A DNA stretch of 26,511 nt from positions 1 to 26,511 of the IMG/VR virus record IMGVR_UViG_3300032318_002408; one strand, written 5' to 3'. The stretch is from a virus. Its lineage: Duplodnaviria > Caudoviricetes. Below, in pieces: positions 7,563 through 15,761 of this stretch (within the stretch, counting starts at the first letter, position 1; every line of letters begins with the position of its first letter). A program made the position numbers and the translations under genes. The notes below the pieces were generated by a model. The model was not told the DNA's origin. It worked only from the letters and a program-made list of their open reading frames with translations, and did no database searches.

Positions 7563-10500
7563 TCCTACGACAGAACAAATTGATGAGAGAATTCTGAGAC
7601 TCCTTGGTCTTGAGAATGAGTATGAACTGTCGTATGAGGAATATGTTAGAAATCTTAAGGAAGCAATGGTTGCTTCCAGAATGTCTAAAAGCAAATTCTC
7701 AACAGAAGAATCTGAATCATTTACAAATGAATGGAAGAGGGTAAGGAGTAAAAAAGGAAGATTTAAACCAAAGAAGAAAAAAATAACTGCAGAAGGACTT
7801 GGAATTGGTAAAGGATTTACAAATCCTTTAAAAATTACTCAACAAAAATTTCTTCCTCCTCAAACATCCAAAGATACTACAAGTCTTGTTTCTTCTTTAT
7901 TGAAACCAGTCGATAAAGAGGTTAAAAATGATGGTGATAATGTTTTTCTAAGAATTTCTAAAACATTAGATTCTATTTTACAAACTCTTATTGATGCAAA
8001 TAAAGAAAGTAAAAAGAAATTTGAGAAAGAAAGAATAGATGCTGAAGGAAGAGCAAGATCTGAAAAAGAAAAAGCATTAGAATCAAGACCTTTTGAAAAG
8101 ATTAAAAAAGCATTTGATATAATTACAAAACCATTTCAATCAATTTGGGATATTTTTGCAAATTTTATTAAAAATGTAATTTTAGGTAAAATTGTAGTAA
8201 AACTATTAGATTGGTTTGGTGATTCAAAAAATAAAGGAAAAGTAAAAAGTCTTACAAGATTTCTGGTAGATTTTGGACCAGCACTTCTTGCAGCATTTAT
8301 ATTATTTGGAACTAGATTTGGTGGCGCAGTAAGATTCCTTAGTGCTATTGCAATTAAGGGTATTTTGAGATTATCAAAGTTTGCAATACCCAAGATTCTT
8401 AGATTTATTACAAGAAATCCGATCGCCGCAGGAATTGCATTAGTAACTGCTGGAGCCACTGTTCCAGCAATGTTTCCTGGAACAGTTAATGCGCAAGAGA
8501 GAAAAACTGATAAAGCACCAGGAACCAAAGAAGATAAAATTAAAGCATTAGAAAAGCAAAAAGCAAATCTTAATGTTTTTGAAAAAATTCAAGGAAAAGG
8601 TGGTGAGATTGATGAGCAATTATTCTACCTAAAAACTGGCAAAACAAAATCTTATGGATTTGTTGGTGAAGATAATAAAGAACAACAGACACCTAAAGTT
8701 GAGGGAAGATCTGGTGGTGGACTTATAAAGATACCAAATCTTGCTGGTGGGGACGAATCTAATAAAGAACAACAGACACCTAAAGTTGAGGGAAGATCTG
8801 GTGGTGGACTTATAAAGATACCAAATCTTGCTGGTGGGGGTGGAGTTAATTTCAAAGGTATGATGCGCGGGGCATTTAGTGGTGGATTGAGCAAATTTAA
8901 TAAAGGTAAAATGTTTGGTGAATTGGGAGTTAGTCCTATTTCAACACTTCCAAAATCTAAAAAACAAAAACAAAAACAAAAACCTAATGTATTTGTAAGT
9001 GATGACGAGGGGTTAGTAAAAGGCAAAAAAGGAGTTGATAAAGTCCCAGCAATGTTAAGTGACGGTGAAATTGTATTCAGCGTCCCAGCAGTTAATTATT
9101 GGGGTGCCGATAAATTACTTGCAATGAATAAAGAGGGTGGAGGAACTAATAAACCAAAAATGATTTCTGGAGTTCCTCATGCTGCAGGTGGTGGGCAGAT
9201 TGGTGATATTCCTTTATCTACTACATATGGGGCAAATCCAAATGATAATACACTTAGACAAGCTGCACGAATGTTTTCGCAGAATGGTAAGTTTGGTGTA
9301 GAAGAAGATTTATTTAAAACTTTTAAAAAATTAGGAGGAGTTGCTGATTTTGAAAAAATGGTTGGCGGAAAACAAAATTTTCAAAAAATAAACATGGGCC
9401 TGGCGGGTGCTGATGATGCCCTTGATGCTATTCGCATGTCTGCAATAGAAAAATTAAAAGCAGTCAATAATCCACAATCATTCACTCAAAGTTCCAGAGC
9501 AGCAGCAGGACTTGATGATTTAGCAAAAAAATATGATTATGATATGAAAACTAATCCAATGCGAGGATATGCAGATAATATATCAAAATTAAACACACCA
9601 AAACCAAGAACATCTACAACTCCTGCAAATAGAATGGTTCCTAATGCGGCAGAAAGTGCAGCAGAAAGTGTAGCAAATAGAGTAAGAACATCTACAACTC
9701 CTGCAAATAGAATGGTTCCTAATGCAGCAGAAAGTGCAGCAAATAGAGTAAGAACATCTACAACTCCTGCAAATAGAATGGTTCCTAATGCAGGAGAATC
9801 GAGTGCAAATGCTATGAGGGCGGCAGAAAGAGCAGCAAGTAGAGTAAGATCACCTATTCCAGCAAGTCGTGCTATTGTTCCCTATACGGGCGGTGGACTT
9901 GCTAGAACTGGAGTGACTGGTGGGATTTCCAATTTGCCAGGAATTAAAACTAATCTAAGAGTTCCTGGTGGATTTGGAAATATTAAATCTTTGGGTGCCG
10001 AGTTATTATTAAATTACTTGGTAGATAAGGGATTTGATTATATGGACGCAAAACGAGTTGCAGATCAAGTAGAGAAAGGCAAAAAGGCAAGTCCAGAAAA
10101 ACGAGATGCTGATATAGAAAAATTAAGAAATTTGGTTGATAAGGAAGAAAGATGGCAAAGGGGTGGTGGCGGATTATACGATAAAATTATTGGATTAGGC
10201 AAAGAAAGTGATTCTGAAAGAATATCCAAAAATGCTAGAGCAGTATTGTCTGGTCTTGGTGCTAACACCTATCAAGGTGGAAACATTATGGGTGGTTATG
10301 GATTGAAGCAACAATCATTTAAAGATATGCCCAAAACCCAGATTATGACTGATGATAAGGGAAAACCTTTTGTTGGATATAAAGCAATGAGAGGTGGTAA
10401 ACCTGTTTATGTAAGAGGTCCTCAGATGATGCCATGGAAAGGCTCACCATTTGCAGAATCATCAAATCCACTTGAAGTGTTGGGAAGAGCAATTAATCCA

Positions 10501-10839
10501 AATGCATATAAGCAAATTGATGCAATAAATCAAAGAAAAAAATACCAACAAGCATCTGCAGGTTCAATTGCTTCTCTAAAAGCAAGAGGTGCAAGTCAAG
10601 AAACTATTGCTCGTCGTCAAGCAGAATTGAAAAAAAGTGCTACAATAACAAGAAAAACAACTCCAACACCAATAAAACCACCAACACAACCAAGAGTAAG
10701 ATTTGTAAACCTAAATCAAGGTGGAGCAAGAAATAAATCTCAATTAGTAGGAGGTGGCGCTCCAAAAGCACCATCGTTCTCTCCAAATCATGGTAGAACA
10801 AATACTGCTGCAAAAACTTTAGGAGTTAATAGGAAATAA
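7552..10839 (+). CDS. Large tape-measure-like virion protein 1
   Basis: 1095 aa with a charged helical N-terminus, a hydrophobic helical segment, a DKVPAMLSDGEIV motif and internal repeats; follows gp26/gp51. Confidence 0.6.
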   Translation: MAGNPTTEQIDERILRLLGLENEYELSYEEYVRNLKEAMVASRMSKSKFSTEESESFTNEWKRVRSKKGRFKPKKKKITAEGLGIGKGFTNPLKITQQKFLPPQTSKDTTSLVSSLLKPVDKEVKNDGDNVFLRISKTLDSILQTLIDANKESKKKFEKERIDAEGRARSEKEKALESRPFEKIKKAFDIITKPFQSIWDIFANFIKNVILGKIVVKLLDWFGDSKNKGKVKSLTRFLVDFGPALLAAFILFGTRFGGAVRFLSAIAIKGILRLSKFAIPKILRFITRNPIAAGIALVTAGATVPAMFPGTVNAQERKTDKAPGTKEDKIKALEKQKANLNVFEKIQGKGGEIDEQLFYLKTGKTKSYGFVGEDNKEQQTPKVEGRSGGGLIKIPNLAGGDESNKEQQTPKVEGRSGGGLIKIPNLAGGGGVNFKGMMRGAFSGGLSKFNKGKMFGELGVSPISTLPKSKKQKQKQKPNVFVSDDEGLVKGKKGVDKVPAMLSDGEIVFSVPAVNYWGADKLLAMNKEGGGTNKPKMISGVPHAAGGGQIGDIPLSTTYGANPNDNTLRQAARMFSQNGKFGVEEDLFKTFKKLGGVADFEKMVGGKQNFQKINMGLAGADDALDAIRMSAIEKLKAVNNPQSFTQSSRAAAGLDDLAKKYDYDMKTNPMRGYADNISKLNTPKPRTSTTPANRMVPNAAESAAESVANRVRTSTTPANRMVPNAAESAANRVRTSTTPANRMVPNAGESSANAMRAAERAASRVRSPIPASRAIVPYTGGGLARTGVTGGISNLPGIKTNLRVPGGFGNIKSLGAELLLNYLVDKGFDYMDAKRVADQVEKGKKASPEKRDADIEKLRNLVDKEERWQRGGGGLYDKIIGLGKESDSERISKNARAVLSGLGANTYQGGNIMGGYGLKQQSFKDMPKTQIMTDDKGKPFVGYKAMRGGKPVYVRGPQMMPWKGSPFAESSNPLEVLGRAINPNAYKQIDAINQRKKYQQASAGSIASLKARGASQETIARRQAELKKSATITRKTTPTPIKPPTQPRVRFVNLNQGGARNKSQLVGGGAPKAPSFSPNHGRTNTAAKTLGVNRK
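8673..8839 (+). repeat. In-frame direct duplication: two identical 80-bp copies, period 87 bp
   Basis: 8673-8752 equals 8760-8839, encoding NKEQQTPKVEGRSGGGLIKIPNLAGG twice. Confidence 0.92.
9606..9792 (+). repeat. Three in-frame copies of an approximately 42-bp unit
   Basis: AGAACATCTACAACTCCTGCAAATAGAATGGTTCCTAATGC near 9606, 9684 and 9750 (RTSTTPANRMVPNA x3), with AAES linkers. Confidence 0.9.
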
Positions 10840-13800
10840 TGGCAAATTTAATTCCTAAGTTTAATACTTCTCTCGTTTCAAAAAACAAGACTGCAATTGT
10901 AAAAGCAGATAAGTTTTTGAGTTTATCAAAATCCGAAAAAATAGATCCTGGAAAAATTGCCAAGTACAGTCAAAATGAAATTAAATCTGAATATAATCAG
11001 GAATTGTTATTAACTATTGAGAAGAAAGTAATTAGTATTGATAAATTTTTAAAGGATTCTTTGTTTCTTCAGAGAAAAGATGCTGAAACAAAAAGAAGAA
11101 AAGGAGAAAATAAAAAATTTGTAGATAAAGAAAATGAATTTGAAAAAAAGAAACCAAAAATATCAAAGGGAAAAATAAAATTACCATCATTACCTAAACT
11201 TGGAATATTTGATATAATAAAAAACTTTATTGTCAATACTTTTCTTGGATTTCTTGCTGTACGATTAATTGATTTTCTTCCACAATTATTGAAGATTGTT
11301 CCAATAATTATAAAAGTTGGAGACTTTTTGATTGATATTGCAGGAAAGATGCTTGATGGATTGATAACAATTATTGATTGGGGTTATAAGGCAATTGATG
11401 CTACTCGGGGATTTGTTGGAAAAACATTTGGAGATGATGCATTAAAGAATTTTGATAAACTTGGTGGACTTATTGATACATTTTTAAATCTTGCAATTAT
11501 TGCAGGAATGCTCAGCATTGGTAAAGATACTAAACCTGGATTTGGTAAAGGAAAGAATGAGGTAAAACCAAAACCTGGAAAAGGTGGAAGACCTAAAGTT
11601 ACTACAAGTGGTGGCGGCGGGCAGGGAAAGCCTGATATAAGAAATCCATTAAGAGAACGTCCTCCAATAACTCAGGGACGTGGTGGTAGAGGTGGATTTA
11701 GATTACCAGAATTTTTTGGAGGAAAACCTAAAGCAAAAGTTACTACAGGTGGTGGAGGTGGTGCTGGTAAAATTAAATTACCAAAAGGATTAAAAAATAG
11801 AGGAGGATTATTAGGTCTCGTCATGCTTATTCCAGATTTAATTGAATCTGGAATGTTAGTGTCACAAGGAAGAGGAAAGGATGGATTAAGAACATTTTTA
11901 AGTTCTATCGCTGGTGTTGGTGCAGGACTGATTGCTGCATCTGCAGTAACTGCAGGAGCAGCTGCTTTAGGAATAACTGGAGTTGGAATACCTGCTGCTA
12001 TCGCTCTTGCTGTCGCAGGATTTGGTGCTTCTTATTTGGCTAGTAGTGCTGCATTTAATCTGGCTGATGTTGGACTTAGAAAAATGGGGTTGGTTGATAC
12101 TGATCCAAAAACAAATAAACCATATGAGTATGCCGGTGGAGGTTCAACGACTCCATCAACAAGAGGTGGAAAAAGAGTAAATTCTCCAGCAAAAAGATAT
12201 ATTAGAGGTGCAAAATCTACGAGAACTCTTGCAATTACTCAACGTAAAGTTAAACCAGGTTCTAAAATTGGCGGAAAAGATAAATTAGAACAATTATTTC
12301 CAGATACAAAAAATCCATCTGGAAACATTATTACAAATATTGTAAAAACGGGAAGTTTTATTGGAAATTGGATTTCCAGTCTTTTTGGTGGTGGCAAGGG
12401 TAAGCAACCTTCTCAAACTTCTCAAAATACACAAGATAAAAAACCAAAAGTACCCCAAAAGATGCCAAATCCTCTTGAATTTTTAGTTAAGGCATCTGAT
12501 ACTTTAGGAAAAGCAGATTTCTTTGGACCAATATTTTCTCTCGCTACAAAAACACTTCTTGGAGATAAACCCGGCAAATTAGATTATCTGAATGTTGGTA
12601 TTGGGTTAAATTCTTGGTTAAATCAAACTATGAATTTTAATGCATTTGCATTTGCAGAAGGTGGTGAAGTTGATGCAAGAAACTTTATGGTTGGGGAAGA
12701 TTATAGTAATGTCATAGCAAAATCTGTAGAAAATTCTGTATCAAGTGAAGTAAATCAATCAATTCAAGATTTGATGAAACAATTGATGATTCAAAAAGTT
12801 TCTCCAGAAGAAAGTGATGAAGAAATACAACTACAACTACGACCACAAGAAAAAGAACAACAAGAAAAAGAACAGCCGGGTTTAGAACCAGGTCAACCTG
12901 GATCTGGAGTTAATGTTTCTGGAGGAAATGCAGATTTTTGGAGTTTAGTTGCAATTGCATCAAGAGAAGATAGTGATCCTCAAGCATGGGCAGATATTGC
13001 CCAGTCAATTTATAATAGAGCAGCAACTGGAATGTATTCTGGTGGAAAAAGTATTAAGGCTATAATTAATGCATCTGGACAATATGAACCAACTTTTTCA
13101 AATCCAAAGGAATGGAAAGCAATTTCTGATTTAGCATCTGCTGCTAAAGCATCTGGAAAATCACAGGAATATCTTAAAAGAGTTGCAGCGGCAATTAAAA
13201 ATCCCCAATTGCAAGCAAACGCTGCAAGTTTTGTTGGCGGAAGAAGTGACTTTATGGGGGAAACTCAAAAAGGTGCTATGAAATCAAATAGGGGTGATGT
13301 TACTCGTGGTCCTGGAGATAACTATTTTGGTTGGTTTTATAATGCTAAATTAAAAGGTCCTGCAAAAGCTCCTGCACTTGGAAATATTAAAATAATGGCT
13401 GGTTCTTCTGAATCTCGTGGATCTCGTGGATATGGTGATATAAGTTCTGGAACTGGAGGAAAATATGAAAGAAGTGCCAGAGGAACTAAAATTTCAGGAG
13501 ACCTTGGGAGATATATGTATAAAACATTAAATTCACCTAGAGATTTTAGTAGGGTTACTGAACATCCTAATTTTGGAGGATCTTTTACAAGATCTTATCG
13601 GTCCTGGCACAATGTAGACCGTGCTGTTGATATTGGTGGGTTCTGGCCTCAAGATCAAACAAAAATTCTAGCAAAAGTTAAAGAATTTAATGCACAAAAT
13701 AATGTTAAACCTGTTGAACTTTTATATGGAAAACCAGGAACACCTTCATCTGGAAGTCATTACAATCACGTTCACGTAGCATATAAAGATGGTGGAGAAA

Positions 13801-14144
13801 CTTTAGATAGGGAACATATTGCAAAAATTGGTGAAGAAGGAAAAGAATATGTAATTGATGCAGATTCTTACAAAGCAACTGAAAAAGTTGTTCCTGGATT
13901 ACTTGATATTCTTAACTATGATGTAAATGGTAAGGCATCCTTAATCAAATATATGCCAAATATTATTGCATCTTTAAGAAAATATGCTCCTTATGAAGAC
14001 GGCGCCGAATCTGTGGTAGTAATGTCAAATATGAGTAGTCCTGCAAGTGTAAGTCAAGGTTCTGGTCAATCCGGAGCGCCAATAATCTCTGGTGGTAGTG
14101 TAAATAGAACTATGCAATTCGAAGACACATTAATGTACGGGTAA
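10839..14144 (+). CDS. Large tape-measure-like virion protein 2 with putative cell-wall hydrolase and Zn-peptidase domains
   Basis: N-terminal architecture like the preceding ORF. Contains AIASREDS..ADIAQSIYNR..INASGQYEP (SleB/Hydrolase_2-like) and H-x6-D (HNVDRAVD) plus HVH (M15/LAS-like). Confidence 0.65.
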   Translation: MANLIPKFNTSLVSKNKTAIVKADKFLSLSKSEKIDPGKIAKYSQNEIKSEYNQELLLTIEKKVISIDKFLKDSLFLQRKDAETKRRKGENKKFVDKENEFEKKKPKISKGKIKLPSLPKLGIFDIIKNFIVNTFLGFLAVRLIDFLPQLLKIVPIIIKVGDFLIDIAGKMLDGLITIIDWGYKAIDATRGFVGKTFGDDALKNFDKLGGLIDTFLNLAIIAGMLSIGKDTKPGFGKGKNEVKPKPGKGGRPKVTTSGGGGQGKPDIRNPLRERPPITQGRGGRGGFRLPEFFGGKPKAKVTTGGGGGAGKIKLPKGLKNRGGLLGLVMLIPDLIESGMLVSQGRGKDGLRTFLSSIAGVGAGLIAASAVTAGAAALGITGVGIPAAIALAVAGFGASYLASSAAFNLADVGLRKMGLVDTDPKTNKPYEYAGGGSTTPSTRGGKRVNSPAKRYIRGAKSTRTLAITQRKVKPGSKIGGKDKLEQLFPDTKNPSGNIITNIVKTGSFIGNWISSLFGGGKGKQPSQTSQNTQDKKPKVPQKMPNPLEFLVKASDTLGKADFFGPIFSLATKTLLGDKPGKLDYLNVGIGLNSWLNQTMNFNAFAFAEGGEVDARNFMVGEDYSNVIAKSVENSVSSEVNQSIQDLMKQLMIQKVSPEESDEEIQLQLRPQEKEQQEKEQPGLEPGQPGSGVNVSGGNADFWSLVAIASREDSDPQAWADIAQSIYNRAATGMYSGGKSIKAIINASGQYEPTFSNPKEWKAISDLASAAKASGKSQEYLKRVAAAIKNPQLQANAASFVGGRSDFMGETQKGAMKSNRGDVTRGPGDNYFGWFYNAKLKGPAKAPALGNIKIMAGSSESRGSRGYGDISSGTGGKYERSARGTKISGDLGRYMYKTLNSPRDFSRVTEHPNFGGSFTRSYRSWHNVDRAVDIGGFWPQDQTKILAKVKEFNAQNNVKPVELLYGKPGTPSSGSHYNHVHVAYKDGGETLDREHIAKIGEEGKEYVIDADSYKATEKVVPGLLDILNYDVNGKASLIKYMPNIIASLRKYAPYEDGAESVVVMSNMSSPASVSQGSGQSGAPIISGGSVNRTMQFEDTLMYG

Positions 14145-14145
14145 T

Positions 14146-15507
14146 ATGCCAACAAGTCAATCAATTAAAAAGGTTAATAATAATATTAGCAGATTTGAGA
14201 TCTATCCAAATGATGGAGGAAATCCAATTTCTGTTAATGGTGGAACGATAGAGCTTTATTATTATGAGAATATTTTATCAGAAACAATCCGAGTCAATGC
14301 AACATTTATTGATACTGGAAATGTTTCTGGTGGCAATGATGGAAGTGGAGGCAAAATAGGAGTTGACGATATAGTTAAAATAGGCAATGGAGAAAAGGTT
14401 TATTTAGAATTTGAAGATGGAGATAATACTCCAAACAAACTTTCATTTACTTCAGATAAAAATGCATTATATCTCAATCAAAGAGATAAATTATTTGAAC
14501 ATACTCAACAAACTGGATATACAGTTGAATTGGTATCTAACGAATATTTAAAAAATGAAAGTAAAAGAGTTATAAAAAGATATGATGGGAAGGTTTCTGA
14601 GCATGTTAAAAATATCATGATGGAAGTAATTGGGACTGAAAAAGAACTTGATATAGAAGTTACAGATAATAACTTTAATTTTATTGGAACAACCAAAAAA
14701 CCTTTTTGGAATATTTTGTGGTTGGCAAAAAAATCAATACCACAGAAACAAAATTCAGATGGAAAATCTGCTGGTTATTTTTTCTATGAAACTTATAATG
14801 GATATCATTTTAAATCCATTGATAATTTGCTTGAAGGAACAGGTGAAGGAAGTTCTACTACATCAAATAAGAAAAAATATAAATCATATATTTTCAATAA
14901 CACAGATTCTTCTGTTGTTCCGGAAGGATATGATGGCAAAATTATAAGTTATGAAGCAGGAAATACTGGAGATTTCCAAAACAATTTAATGATGGGAACT
15001 TATAATTCAACAAACAAAGGATTTGATGCTCGTGAAAGTTCTTATTCAGAAAATCAAATTGATATTACATCTCAAGAAAGTGGAGTTACAATTGCAGGAA
15101 CTGATTTTAAGTTTGTAAATAAAATATTTGCAGACGATTCTTCTAGATTTTCATTTAGTTTTAAATCCGTTGGCAATTTGCCTGAGGGAAAAAATTTGCA
15201 ATCACAACTGCCAAAATCAAAAGAATTGGATATTGATAAGGCAAAAACAATTAATCAGGCAGCATCAAGATATAATCAATTATTTACAATTCAATTAAAT
15301 ATTATTATTGAAGGAGATTTTAGTTTAAGAGCAGGTGATTTGATTTATTGTGACTTTCCTGAACTAACTACAAAAACAACTCCAGGATTTAATCCAAGAA
15401 TGAGTGGCACATATTTGATATCTGCATTGTGTCATCGTATCAGTGCTCAAAAAACTTATACTTCATTAGAATTGATTCGAGATTCCTACGGAAGAAAACC
15501 AAAGTAA
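14146..15507 (+). CDS. Baseplate hub protein (gp27/gpD-like)
   Basis: YYENILS, AGYFFYETYNGYHFKSIDNL, I.GDFSLRAGDLI and SGTYLISALCH motifs; upstream of the gp5-like gene. Confidence 0.7.
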   Translation: MPTSQSIKKVNNNISRFEIYPNDGGNPISVNGGTIELYYYENILSETIRVNATFIDTGNVSGGNDGSGGKIGVDDIVKIGNGEKVYLEFEDGDNTPNKLSFTSDKNALYLNQRDKLFEHTQQTGYTVELVSNEYLKNESKRVIKRYDGKVSEHVKNIMMEVIGTEKELDIEVTDNNFNFIGTTKKPFWNILWLAKKSIPQKQNSDGKSAGYFFYETYNGYHFKSIDNLLEGTGEGSSTTSNKKKYKSYIFNNTDSSVVPEGYDGKIISYEAGNTGDFQNNLMMGTYNSTNKGFDARESSYSENQIDITSQESGVTIAGTDFKFVNKIFADDSSRFSFSFKSVGNLPEGKNLQSQLPKSKELDIDKAKTINQAASRYNQLFTIQLNIIIEGDFSLRAGDLIYCDFPELTTKTTPGFNPRMSGTYLISALCHRISAQKTYTSLELIRDSYGRKPK

Positions 15508-15511
15508 ACAT

Positions 15512-15519
15512 AATAAATA
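15512..15519 (+). promoter_or_regulatory. Late promoter upstream of CP12/gp5
   Basis: AATAAATA about 25 nt upstream of ATG 15544. Confidence 0.55.
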
Positions 15520-15543
15520 AAGAATAATTACTTAGTGTCCAAG

Positions 15544-15759
15544 ATGGACAAATCACTTCAAAAACATATCAATAATAATAAAGATGAACTTGATAATCCT
15601 AATATTAGTGGGCAACATCGTCGCCATTTAGAAGATGAATTGAATGATCTTGAGAAATATCAAATCAATCATCCAAATGAAGATTATAATCCAACTTCTT
15701 TAGAATTATTTTGCGATTTGAATCCCGACGCAGTAGAGTGTAGAATTTATGAAGATTAA
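15544..15759 (+). CDS. cp12: CP12 Calvin-cycle inhibitor (auxiliary metabolic gene)
   Basis: C-terminal LELFCDLNPDAVECRIYED with the C-x8-C pair typical of CP12. ATG 15544 preferred over GTG 15535. Confidence 0.9.
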   Translation: MDKSLQKHINNNKDELDNPNISGQHRRHLEDELNDLEKYQINHPNEDYNPTSLELFCDLNPDAVECRIYED

Positions 15760-15761
15760 TT

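Noticed and set aside
8136-10268. Minus-strand ORFs within tape-measure-like gene 1
   Set aside because: Shadow frames expected from codon bias of the sense gene.
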